64,000 nt of DNA from Spirochaetia bacterium (GTDB lineage Bacteria; Spirochaetota; Spirochaetia; CADAEX01). Position numbers and translations under genes: made by a program. Under the pieces are notes generated by a model. The model searched no databases. It was not told where the DNA came from and saw only the letters and a list, made by a program, of their open reading frames with translations. Below, piece after piece: positions 50,784 to 60,484 of this stretch. Location: positions 39,137-103,136 of the forward strand of contig CAXXHA010000028.1 in NCBI GenBank assembly GCA_963662265.2, written 5' to 3'. Each line of letters begins with the position of its first letter. Positions within the stretch are counted from its first letter, which is position 1.

Positions 50784-51529
50784 ATAACAGCAATTCTCCC
50801 ACAGTCTTTTTCATTTGGTGCATACAAATATTTCTTAATATATAATTTATATAAAAAAGAAGTTATTTTTTTATTTGTAATAATATAATTTTTTCCCAAA
50901 CCACCGATCATTTTTTGATAATAGGATAAAAATCTTGAAGAAGGATCAAAGGGAATTATCCTTAAATCAGAAAAGAATGGTTCCAATATTTTTTTTACTT
51001 CTGCACCTGTAAAATGCTGATAATGTTTTTCATTTAACTGTTTATTTTTATGTGGTACAGTTAAAATAAAATAGCCGTTATCATTCAGTAAATCTGCTAT
51101 AGAATGAACAAACTGATTTAATTTATCAGGAGGAATATGCTCTAATACTTCAACGGATGTCACAACATCATATTTATATCCAGTATGATTATCTGTAATA
51201 TCAATACACTCATAATTTAGATCAGGATTCATCATCTGAGCCATTTTAACTGCCCGCGATGAATAATCAACACCTTTACATGAAACTTCGGGATATTTAT
51301 TAAATAATTCTCTAATAAATCTACCATCTCCACATCCTACATCTAATACAGATTTAAAAGATAATTTATTTAATTGATCTAAAACAATTTTTATACCACC
51401 GAGATATCGATAACCCCAGGACCAGTATCTAAATTGTGAAAAATCATTTCCATCAAAATATGGAATATAATGATAAGGATAATCATATTGATTTTCCTGA
51501 ATTTTTTGCTGTGAACTTAGATCAGACAT
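50768..51529 (-). CDS. Class I SAM-dependent methyltransferase
   Basis: VLDVGCGDG, GVDYS, YDVVTSVEVLEHI and LTVP. Confidence 0.9.
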   Translation of the reverse strand: MSDLSSQQKIQENQYDYPYHYIPYFDGNDFSQFRYWSWGYRYLGGIKIVLDQLNKLSFKSVLDVGCGDGRFIRELFNKYPEVSCKGVDYSSRAVKMAQMMNPDLNYECIDITDNHTGYKYDVVTSVEVLEHIPPDKLNQFVHSIADLLNDNGYFILTVPHKNKQLNEKHYQHFTGAEVKKILEPFFSDLRIIPFDPSSRFLSYYQKMIGGLGKNYIITNKKITSFLYKLYIKKYLYAPNEKDCGRIAVICQKK

Positions 51530-52358
51530 AAAATAACCTTTTACAAGTTTTTGTTAATAATAGTTTACATAATCTTAAAAATGCTAATACAATAGTTTTA
51601 ACTCTCTTAAATAATGCTTTAGGATAAATCATGAAATAAAAATAATATTTTTTTAATAAATATAAATTGGCATAAATAGTTTTCAACATTGACTTAATAT
51701 TATTTTGAGGAGTTATTCTATCATCTCCATATTCATGTACAGCTGTAGTTATATCATTCATGATATAAACATCATAGCCTTTTTTCACAATGCACATTCT
51801 ATAAAAATCACTATCTATTCCTCTTGGTAATTTTACATCAAAACCTGAAACTTCTTTCATAATACTTAATTTTGTCATTACTGTAGGGCTATATATAATA
51901 CCATTACGTGATAAAATATGTTCAACTAACTTCGCTGGTTTTTTTATTATTTTGTCCGTGTAGTTATTATTATTACAATACAATCTTACAGAAGTAGAAC
52001 ATATTGCAATTTTCTCTGTTAAATCATTCTCAAATACTTCTATTTGTTTTTTTATTTTATCAACATCAATCCATTCATCATCATCATCTAGAAATGCAAC
52101 ATAATGGCCATTACTATTATTCATTGCTGTATTTCGTGCAAATGCATTACCTCTATTAACATCATGTTTTATATATTTTATTCTTTTATCAGAATCAATG
52201 TATTTTTTTATCACCAATTCTGTTTCATCTATTGAACAATCATCTACTATAATTATTTCAATATTCTTATAACTTTGTTTTAAAACAGATTTCAAACATC
52301 GATTTAAAAGAGAAGCCCTATTAAAAGTTGTTATATTAATACTAACTAATTTTTCCAA
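51522..52358 (-). CDS. Glycosyltransferase family 2
   Basis: ITTFNR, IVDDCS, ARN and FLDDDDEW. Confidence 0.9.
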   Translation of the reverse strand: MEKLVSINITTFNRASLLNRCLKSVLKQSYKNIEIIIVDDCSIDETELVIKKYIDSDKRIKYIKHDVNRGNAFARNTAMNNSNGHYVAFLDDDDEWIDVDKIKKQIEVFENDLTEKIAICSTSVRLYCNNNNYTDKIIKKPAKLVEHILSRNGIIYSPTVMTKLSIMKEVSGFDVKLPRGIDSDFYRMCIVKKGYDVYIMNDITTAVHEYGDDRITPQNNIKSMLKTIYANLYLLKKYYFYFMIYPKALFKRVKTIVLAFLRLCKLLLTKTCKRLFYV

Positions 52359-52365
52359 AATAATT

Positions 52366-53211
52366 CTATTTCATAATCCTTATAATTAAATTGATATATT
52401 TGTATATATTAAGAAAAAATATAATTTTTATTCTTTTAAAAAAAGAAATATTATACTCTGAACTAAAATTATATATTGGAATAAAACTTCTCCATGTAAT
52501 ATATCCATGTTTTAAGCTTTTATCCTTAGATAATTCTTTTTGTCCTAATGCAACACGTTTAGTTTTTTTTAATATCTGTTTAAAAGTATAACGAGCAGGA
52601 TGATAAATAACTGCATTTTCCATATATAACATTTTCTGACCGGATTCTGTTATCCTTCTTCCAAATTCATAATCACCACCAGAAATAAGATTTGGACAGA
52701 AAAATCCATATTTTTCTATTACATTTTTTTTAATAAAGAAATTTGCAGTTGCTGCAAATCCAGCTGATTCAATATATGACTTTTGATTTAATTTCCTTGT
52801 AGAATCAATAATTTCATATATATTTGGTTTTATTTCTTTGAAAGTAAATTTAATTTGCCCTCCACCACAAACGACATTGGAATTTTTTAAAGAGAAAACA
52901 GCATTTTCAATCCAATTATATTCTGGAATACAATCAGAATCTGTAAATCCTAAAATATCACCATTAGCAATTCTTATACCTGCATTTCTAGCAGCATATG
53001 AACTCTGCTTTTTTTCAAAACCAATTTTAATTAAATCTGAATTATCAACATAATATCTCTCAATTATTTCAGATGTATTATCTGTAGAATTATTATCAAT
53101 AATAATTATTTCATAATTCTTCTTTGGAAATGATTGATTAATCAGTTTTTCTAATACAATTGATATTCCTTTCGGATCATTATATACAGGTACAATTATT
53201 GAAACAAACAA
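52366..53211 (-). CDS. Glycosyltransferase family 2 (resembles haloarchaeal AglE/AglI type)
   Basis: VPVYND, IDNNSTD, SSYAARNAG, FTDSDC and SGGDYEFG. Confidence 0.87.
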   Translation of the reverse strand: MFVSIIVPVYNDPKGISIVLEKLINQSFPKKNYEIIIIDNNSTDNTSEIIERYYVDNSDLIKIGFEKKQSSYAARNAGIRIANGDILGFTDSDCIPEYNWIENAVFSLKNSNVVCGGGQIKFTFKEIKPNIYEIIDSTRKLNQKSYIESAGFAATANFFIKKNVIEKYGFFCPNLISGGDYEFGRRITESGQKMLYMENAVIYHPARYTFKQILKKTKRVALGQKELSKDKSLKHGYITWRSFIPIYNFSSEYNISFFKRIKIIFFLNIYKYINLIIRIMK

Positions 53212-54362
53212 TCTTTAACCTCTATTTTTTCTAATATATTTTTATTCATTCGTGTTAATTCATATATTCTTGAAGTTAATGTAATTTTATCTGTAGTATT
53301 ATTTGAAAACATAAGTTCTTTACAATTATATGTATTTAATATCTGTTGTGATATCCAATTTTCATATACACTATACTCAACATTTGTATTTTTACCAAGA
53401 ATACTTATTGAATAAGGAATTTCAAATCCGGGAGGATTATATGAAAATCCATACTTATTCTCTGAAATAGCATTTTTATATTCTATTGATTTTAAGTATT
53501 CAATCATAGTTTTAATATATTCTTTCTTCCAAATTGGATGTTCTGGATAATTTTCTTTTAATATTGAAAAAGCATAAGTATTAAATGATTGATACCCTAT
53601 TGACTTATATATTAATTTTTTTCGAACATCTTTTAGATATTTTTTTTTATTCTCAATACGACTTAATGTTTTAAATAAAAGATATTTCTTTATTATTCTT
53701 TTTATTGTTGAAATTAATGTATAATTTTTTAGTATTCTTTTATTAATTAAATGTTCTATCGGATGATATATTAATCCATTTGAAAAAATAGTCATATTTT
53801 TATCAACATTATTCATAAAAATCCTAATCTGATTGTTAATAAAACTCTTTTTTTCACCAGTAATCATTGATGCACAGGAAGCAAACCATAATTGATGATT
53901 AAATGTTGGATCAGGACCATTATTAGAACCATCTATCTCGCAAATATCCCAAAGTCCTGCTTTATACTTAAAACTATGAAGCAAAAATAATTTCTCTGCT
54001 TCTTCCATATACTTTTTCATTCCCAAACATTTACTCGCACTTACTAGAGCTTCTATTGTCCAAGCCTGTCCAATCAGACCATTACATCTATCCTTATTTT
54101 CATTATTACGATGCCAATATGTAAATCCAAAAGGTTTATACTTTTCATTAAGAAAGATTTCTGATAATTCTTTAACTCTCTCTTTATATTTTAAATCATT
54201 TGTCCATTCAAAACATTTTGAGAAAATAATAATCCAGGCTCCATATACTCTAACAATCTTTTCATCGTCGTAATAAGGACCATTATGACCACTTACTAAG
54301 TATTTTTGAGGATTCAAGAGACATTCTTCTGCAATATTGATTATAAATGATAATAAACTCAT
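53196..54362 (-). CDS. AglQ-like protein (putative hexuronate epimerase)
   Basis: GHNGPY, KDRCNGLIGQAW..EAL, TFNHQLWFA, GYQSFN and YNPPGFE match Haloferax AglQ as I recall it. Start at 54362 gives a TAATG overlap with the upstream gene. Confidence 0.75.
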   Translation of the reverse strand: MSLLSFIINIAEECLLNPQKYLVSGHNGPYYDDEKIVRVYGAWIIIFSKCFEWTNDLKYKERVKELSEIFLNEKYKPFGFTYWHRNNENKDRCNGLIGQAWTIEALVSASKCLGMKKYMEEAEKLFLLHSFKYKAGLWDICEIDGSNNGPDPTFNHQLWFASCASMITGEKKSFINNQIRIFMNNVDKNMTIFSNGLIYHPIEHLINKRILKNYTLISTIKRIIKKYLLFKTLSRIENKKKYLKDVRKKLIYKSIGYQSFNTYAFSILKENYPEHPIWKKEYIKTMIEYLKSIEYKNAISENKYGFSYNPPGFEIPYSISILGKNTNVEYSVYENWISQQILNTYNCKELMFSNNTTDKITLTSRIYELTRMNKNILEKIEVKDCLFQ

Positions 54363-55363
54363 TAAAACATTCTCTTGGTCCATGTATCCGGAGTTTTATC
54401 ATTTATAATTTCGAGATCCAAATGATATCTAAATTTCTTAACACCTTTTCTATCTATATATTCAATCATAGACTGCAGACCGTCTCTTAAATTTATCTTT
54501 GTTTTATAATCCAATAACTTTCTTGCTTTATCTGCTGAACAAGTAGCCAATTCCACTTCCTGAGGTCTACCTTTAACAAAGATAGGATCAAGTTTAAAAT
54601 TCAAAATATCAGCTATTTCAACCGCTAAATCTAAAATAGAAATAAAGTTTTCATCTGGACCAATATTAATTATTTCCCCTACTACAGAATCTTTAAAACC
54701 AATTTTTTCTAAGCAATAAATTACATCATCAATAAAAGAAAAACATCTTTTTTGCTGTCCAGTTCCATATATGACAGGTTGTCTTTTCTGTAACATTAAA
54801 TTTATCATTATACTTGCAACATTTCTATATGGATCATCATATTTTTGTCTTGGTCCAATGATATTATGAGGAACTGCAATAACATGTTCCATGTTATGTA
54901 CTTCAGATAAATTTGTTACCATCATTTCAGCAGCATATTTTGCAATTCCATATGGGTCTTGTGGCTTTGGTAACATACCTTCTGAAAAAGGAACTTGCTG
55001 TGTCCCATATCTTGCCATACTAGAACAATATACAAATCTCTTTATATTGTTTTGTATTGCAGCACTTAAAACAGTTGCTGTAATTTGAGATGTATTCTGA
55101 ACAACTAAATGTGGTGAAAATACAGAAAGCCCTTCATAAGCTGTACATGCAGTATGATATACTACATCACACCCTTTCATAATTTTAACCATTGAATTTA
55201 AATAAGAACAATCAATTTGATGAAATTCAACATCTTCTGGAACATTATCAAGATATCCACCAATCAAATTATCCATTCCAACAACGGAGTGTCCTAACTC
55301 AATCATTCTCTCAGCAATATAACTTCCTAAGAAACCAGCAACTCCAGTAACGCAAACTTTCAT
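54362..55363 (-). CDS. NAD-dependent epimerase/dehydratase
   Basis: TGVAGFLG, AYEGLSVFSP, SSMARYG and PYGIAK; GGAG RBS. Confidence 0.88.
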   Translation of the reverse strand: MKVCVTGVAGFLGSYIAERMIELGHSVVGMDNLIGGYLDNVPEDVEFHQIDCSYLNSMVKIMKGCDVVYHTACTAYEGLSVFSPHLVVQNTSQITATVLSAAIQNNIKRFVYCSSMARYGTQQVPFSEGMLPKPQDPYGIAKYAAEMMVTNLSEVHNMEHVIAVPHNIIGPRQKYDDPYRNVASIMINLMLQKRQPVIYGTGQQKRCFSFIDDVIYCLEKIGFKDSVVGEIINIGPDENFISILDLAVEIADILNFKLDPIFVKGRPQEVELATCSADKARKLLDYKTKINLRDGLQSMIEYIDRKGVKKFRYHLDLEIINDKTPDTWTKRMF

Positions 55364-56370
55364 TTTTTTCTCCATTTTTTACGAATTCCATTTGGAAGGG
55401 GTTCATAAAACAAAAACCCTTTTTTTATTTTATTAATAAATTGTTTAAAGTAATATTTTTTAGTATTTTCAGTTTTAAAAACACAAGATAATAATAATAA
55501 GAAAATATTCAGAACTGCTCCTTTTATATATGCAATATGCAATTTAAAAACTCCTAAACTACCATTATGTTTTTTATAGAATTTATAATAACTTGAAGTG
55601 TGTATCATATCAAACAACGAACCATTACTTTGGGTTGTTCCTGCCCATTTATGCATAATTTTTGCATTTCTTAATACATAATTTGTTAATCCATATTTAT
55701 AAAACCTAAGAGCCCAATCAGTTTCTTCACAATATATAAAAAAGCGTTCATCTAACATTCCAATTTGTTTAATATAACTGTGTTTTACCATAAATGCACA
55801 ACCCCGTGGTCTCCCAAAAATTGGTAAAATGTTTTCGGACTCCTTATGTCCTGACTCTTTATTTTCTGTTTCTTTTTTCTCTATTATTTTTTTATTTTTT
55901 AATAATCTAAATATTTCTTTTATTTCAAATCCATATTCCCAACCACATCTATTTTTTAATGAATGAAATGGTCCATATGATTTTTGCAGACTTCCATTCG
56001 GATAATATAACTGAGGGCCAATAGCACCGGCATCTGGATGATTTTTCATAAAATCTACCATAATTGATAATGCATCGTTAATGAGTTCAGTATCATTATT
56101 TAGTAGAATAATATAATCACCTTTTGCTTCTTTTATGCCTAAATTATTTCCACGAGAAAAACCACAATTATAATCTGCTTCAATAAATATTATATTCTTT
56201 AAGTTATTCAACATCATAACAGAATCATCAGTTGACTTATTATCAATAATTATTATTTCATAGTTTATATTTTTTGTTTTTTCTATTATTGAATTATAAC
56301 AATCTATTGTGTCTTTATAACCATTATAATTTAATATTATTATAGATAAATCAATATTGTATTTTGACAT
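55360..56370 (-). CDS. Glycosyltransferase family 2 (WbbL/rhamnosyltransferase-like)
   Basis: IIILNYN, GFSRGNN, LLNNDT and LDERFFIYCEETDW. Confidence 0.88.
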   Translation of the reverse strand: MSKYNIDLSIIILNYNGYKDTIDCYNSIIEKTKNINYEIIIIDNKSTDDSVMMLNNLKNIIFIEADYNCGFSRGNNLGIKEAKGDYIILLNNDTELINDALSIMVDFMKNHPDAGAIGPQLYYPNGSLQKSYGPFHSLKNRCGWEYGFEIKEIFRLLKNKKIIEKKETENKESGHKESENILPIFGRPRGCAFMVKHSYIKQIGMLDERFFIYCEETDWALRFYKYGLTNYVLRNAKIMHKWAGTTQSNGSLFDMIHTSSYYKFYKKHNGSLGVFKLHIAYIKGAVLNIFLLLLSCVFKTENTKKYYFKQFINKIKKGFLFYEPLPNGIRKKWRKK

Positions 56371-56390
56371 AATTATACCTTTCATATTTT

Positions 56391-57776
56391 TCAACAATTA
56401 ATACTTTCAATAGAGTTAATATAAATCTGATCAGGAGACTCTGTATAGGATCCCATTACATATTCGGTTAAAAGCTCCATTTTACTATATATTTCATTTT
56501 TATTATTTTCATAATAAGATAATAATTCTAATAGTTCATTTTTTGTTTTAAATTTCATATTTAATGACGGAGCATCTCTAAGATATTCATCTTCAAAATG
56601 AAAACATGGGAAACCACAAGCTATTACTTCATAATAAGCACTAGTCGTACCAGAAATAAATAGAGTATCACCATTACATAAATCCCTAACACTTTTTTCC
56701 GAACCAATAACAGTTTCGCAATTTTCACAATTTTTTAGTAACTCTTTATACTTTTTAATATTACAGCTTGGATGAAGTTTTATTGAAAAATTAATCATAT
56801 TCGACAATTCTTTACAAATTTCAATCATCCTTAAATTTGATTCCTCAAGTCTTTTCTGTGATCCTAATATCCAAATATGCTTTGGAGCTATCATTTTCCA
56901 TTTCGATTTTTCTAGATACATGTTTCTACAAGGATGACAAACTGTTAAAAAATGCTTCTTATTTATTATATTTAATTGATTAGAAAGACGTTCTTCAAGA
57001 TATCGTCCCCAACTTAATAGATAATCTGCTGTAAAATTATGAAAAACTATATTTCCAAGAAAAGCCTTTTCTCCAGTGTTAGCAGGATAAACTGCATGCT
57101 GTAATGCAAATGTTCTACAATTATTCTTTTTGAAAATCTGGCATAAAACATTTTCATAACCTCTCCAATCAAAAGAAAAAACAACAGACTTTTCATAAAA
57201 ATCATTTTCTATTTTTGAAAAGAATTCTATAAATCTTTTATATTCAATTACTTTAAGAGCTAAATAAAATCTTATAATGTTATTACCTAAAAAAGAACTT
57301 TTAATTTTATTATATATTTTGAAAAAATCAATAACTCTTTTTATTTGCTTAATTGATAGAAACTCATATTTTGAAAGAAATAATCCTTTCTTCAAATTAC
57401 CCCAGATTACAGATTTATTTTTAGATAAATTTCGTAAATTATCAACACTATCATTCCGTTGATTATATATTAATACATAAACAACTTTTGTTAGTGTTTT
57501 TCTTTCTATTGTGATAAAACCATCATTCAATTTTTTGAAGAAAATAGATATTAAATATTTTATTATATTTTTTTTTGTTACAGATCCAAACCAAGGATCA
57601 AATATTGAACCTAATTTGTTATTACCATTAATACAAAACTTCGTAATTTCTGCTATATCAGAGTATAATATTTTATCCCATTCAAAACCAAAGTAATTTA
57701 AATTTTTAAATATTTTTAACTCATATTCAAGTTTTTTTTCTAATTCAAATCCTGTTAAATATTTTTTTATTTCCAT
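56391..57776 (-). CDS. Hypothetical GT-B-like protein, candidate nonulosonate transferase
   Basis: FALQHA, LLSWG, IKLHP and TSAYYE.IACG.P, a pattern resembling HP-motif sialyltransferase-like proteins. Confidence 0.5.
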   Translation of the reverse strand: MEIKKYLTGFELEKKLEYELKIFKNLNYFGFEWDKILYSDIAEITKFCINGNNKLGSIFDPWFGSVTKKNIIKYLISIFFKKLNDGFITIERKTLTKVVYVLIYNQRNDSVDNLRNLSKNKSVIWGNLKKGLFLSKYEFLSIKQIKRVIDFFKIYNKIKSSFLGNNIIRFYLALKVIEYKRFIEFFSKIENDFYEKSVVFSFDWRGYENVLCQIFKKNNCRTFALQHAVYPANTGEKAFLGNIVFHNFTADYLLSWGRYLEERLSNQLNIINKKHFLTVCHPCRNMYLEKSKWKMIAPKHIWILGSQKRLEESNLRMIEICKELSNMINFSIKLHPSCNIKKYKELLKNCENCETVIGSEKSVRDLCNGDTLFISGTTSAYYEVIACGFPCFHFEDEYLRDAPSLNMKFKTKNELLELLSYYENNKNEIYSKMELLTEYVMGSYTESPDQIYINSIESINC

Positions 57777-59194
57777 CAGTTAACTCTATTTTTTTTATAT
57801 GAAAAAATAATACATATTATATAAATAATAGCGCATAAAGTTATTTTTATAAAATAATATATAATATTATTTTCCCTTATGATAAATTGAAAAAATATAT
57901 ATGTAACATATAAAACAAATATTGATATTATATTATTTTTTATAGTACCTAAAACCTCAATAAACTTTATATTAATCATCCTTTGTACAAAATAATAATC
58001 CAAGATAATAATTGTAAACTGACTTATAATCAGCCCCATTAAATATCCTCTAATTCCATATAAAATCCCTAATAAAAGAACAATAGGTAATCTTATTGCT
58101 ACATATCTGATAATAGACAATTTAAATTGAAGTTTTACATGTCCCAAACTTTTAAAAATTGTACCTGGAGTACCTCCAAATGCAATAATTATTATATATA
58201 AACTTAAAAAAAATAATATTTTATCTAATCCCTTCCAAACGTCATAGAACAAAATATTTATTCCTTCTTTAGAAAACAAAATAATAAAAGTAGATAATGG
58301 TATTATTATTAATAAAGTACTTTCGATTTGTTTTAAATAATATTTCTTAATTCTTTCTATATCATTTTTGATTTCTGAAAAAAAAGGGAAAAACACTTTT
58401 TTAAAAACAGAATTTAATAGTTGAACAATTTGAACAGTAAATGATGAAGCTAAAGAATAAAGCCCAAGAGTTGTTGGATCAAATAAAATACCAATTAATA
58501 AAATATTAAATCTTAGATTAATAAAACTGATCAACCTATTTAATACATCATAAGAACCAAATGATATAAGATCTATCGAGGCTCTTTTTGAAATATTAAA
58601 AGATGGTTTCCATTTAACCATAAAAGGATAAATTACCAATGGAATAATCGAAGATGAAATGCTTTGACCAACAATACTCCAAATACCATTTCCATTTATA
58701 GCCATTAATATTCCAACAGAACCTCCAACAACATTTTTTGTAATATTAATAATACAAAGGTATTTGAACGATAGATTTTTATTTAACTTTATATCATGTA
58801 TAAAAACAAGAGGAGACCATAACATATTGATGCTCAGAAAAATACATAACTTATTCAACTCTACGTAACCATATATTTTTGCACTAACAGGAGCAAAAAT
58901 AAAAGATATTATTATAAAACCTAACCAGCTAATTCCTAAATTAATCCAAAAAGCTGTATCCCAATGTGTTGATAATAATTTTTTATTTTCTTTTTGAATT
59001 AATGCAGCTCCTATTCCAAAATCGGTATAAGCAGATACTAATCCAACAACAATGCCTCCTAAGCTTATTAAACCAAAATGCTCCGGTAATAAATAACGAG
59101 TTAATATTAGCTTTATAATAAGACTAACAATTTTATTAAAAAAAACAGATACACTTTTCCAAGAAAGACTATTAATAATTTTATGCTTGTTCAT
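57776..59194 (-). CDS. wzx: Wzx flippase (WzxC-like)
   Basis: LTRYLLPEHFG, DFGIGAALIQ, TAFW and LGLYSLA; multi-TM. Confidence 0.88.
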   Translation of the reverse strand: MNKHKIINSLSWKSVSVFFNKIVSLIIKLILTRYLLPEHFGLISLGGIVVGLVSAYTDFGIGAALIQKENKKLLSTHWDTAFWINLGISWLGFIIISFIFAPVSAKIYGYVELNKLCIFLSINMLWSPLVFIHDIKLNKNLSFKYLCIINITKNVVGGSVGILMAINGNGIWSIVGQSISSSIIPLVIYPFMVKWKPSFNISKRASIDLISFGSYDVLNRLISFINLRFNILLIGILFDPTTLGLYSLASSFTVQIVQLLNSVFKKVFFPFFSEIKNDIERIKKYYLKQIESTLLIIIPLSTFIILFSKEGINILFYDVWKGLDKILFFLSLYIIIIAFGGTPGTIFKSLGHVKLQFKLSIIRYVAIRLPIVLLLGILYGIRGYLMGLIISQFTIIILDYYFVQRMINIKFIEVLGTIKNNIISIFVLYVTYIFFQFIIRENNIIYYFIKITLCAIIYIICIIFSYKKNRVN

Positions 59195-60473
59195 CAGAAT
59201 ATGTTTTTTGATAATCTTCTATTAAATATATCCCAGCGTTTTTACCTACTAAGTGTCCCTTTCTTAATATATTACTTCTTGTAATTGTACCTAAACCATT
59301 AATTGCTTTATATAAAGGATCTCTTTTCTCATGAGGAAGCCAATTACCAACCATTGAAAATTGCCCATCACTATTTTTTAACCAATAATTATGATAATCT
59401 TCACTAGCAGGGAAAACAGTATCAATTCCTTTATATTGTATTTTTTCTATTATGTTTTCAAAAAGTTTTGGTGGTCTTTTATGAAACTGATAATTTGTAT
59501 ATAAAATTAATTCGGGAAAAAAACTATTTTTTTCACAATGAAAAAGAGCATATTTCAAAATTTCTTCAATAGTTGCATTTTTAGGCATTAAATGATCAGG
59601 TCTTTTTATAAAATTAATTTTATTTATTTTACAATACTCTTCTACAGTAACTAATTCTGAAATGATATAAATATCATCGATATAACTACAATTTCTTATA
59701 TCAAAGATTAATTTATCCATGTCCTTAGAATTAAATTTATACACAACAGGGCAAATTGCAGCAATTTTAACTTTTTCAGGCAACATGCTATCTGGTATTT
59801 TTTTTATCGTATTTTCCAGTCCTTCTAATACTTTTACAGTACTTTTCAATCTGGAAGAATTACCATTATGATGGATACCATGATGGTGATAAACTATAGC
59901 ATCTGGTTCATACAGTAAATAATAATTATTTTCTGTTACTATTTTTGCCCAAATACGATCTTCAATATTTGTTACAGCTGAATCAAATGGATATTTTTTT
60001 AATATACTTTTTCGAATTGCGCTATTTGCATTATGAAAAAAATAATCTTTTTTTTGTAAACGCCTATCTAAACCAAATGTTATTAATAAATCTCTTTTAT
60101 CACCATCCTCACTAAATGATAATGGTATTTGACGACCATAAATACCAACAATTTTTTCATCCTTAAAACCCTTAATTAGATTTTCTATCCAAAACTCATC
60201 AACAGGTATACAATGAGCTGATAAACAAACTATATATTCTCCTCTTGAGACTTCTATACCTTTATTTAACGAAGCTCCTGGTAAATAGTTTTCGATAAAA
60301 ATAATTTTATTTACTCCAAATCTTTTTGCAATATCAACAGTACCGTCATCACTATTATTATCAATCAAAATTATTTCATAATCTTTTTCTGTCTGTTTAT
60401 AAATCATAGATAAGCAGTGCCCAATCCATTTCTCTTCATTTTTTGTTCTAATTATTATTGAAACTTTTGGCAT
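59181..60473 (-). CDS. GT2 fused to a degenerate CMP-nonulosonate-synthetase-like domain
   Basis: IIRTKNEE, LSAHCIP and IEDRIW in the N-terminal half; KRPDHL...ATIEE and DTVFP in the C-terminal half. Confidence 0.75.
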   Translation of the reverse strand: MPKVSIIIRTKNEEKWIGHCLSMIYKQTEKDYEIILIDNNSDDGTVDIAKRFGVNKIIFIENYLPGASLNKGIEVSRGEYIVCLSAHCIPVDEFWIENLIKGFKDEKIVGIYGRQIPLSFSEDGDKRDLLITFGLDRRLQKKDYFFHNANSAIRKSILKKYPFDSAVTNIEDRIWAKIVTENNYYLLYEPDAIVYHHHGIHHNGNSSRLKSTVKVLEGLENTIKKIPDSMLPEKVKIAAICPVVYKFNSKDMDKLIFDIRNCSYIDDIYIISELVTVEEYCKINKINFIKRPDHLMPKNATIEEILKYALFHCEKNSFFPELILYTNYQFHKRPPKLFENIIEKIQYKGIDTVFPASEDYHNYWLKNSDGQFSMVGNWLPHEKRDPLYKAINGLGTITRSNILRKGHLVGKNAGIYLIEDYQKTYSDEQA

Positions 60474-60484
60474 CTAATAAAATC

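Noticed and set aside
14535-57696. Many 60-127-aa ORFs nested in or antisense to glycan genes
   Set aside because: They overlap well-supported genes, have low-complexity Ile/Phe/Lys composition and lack RBS or motifs.
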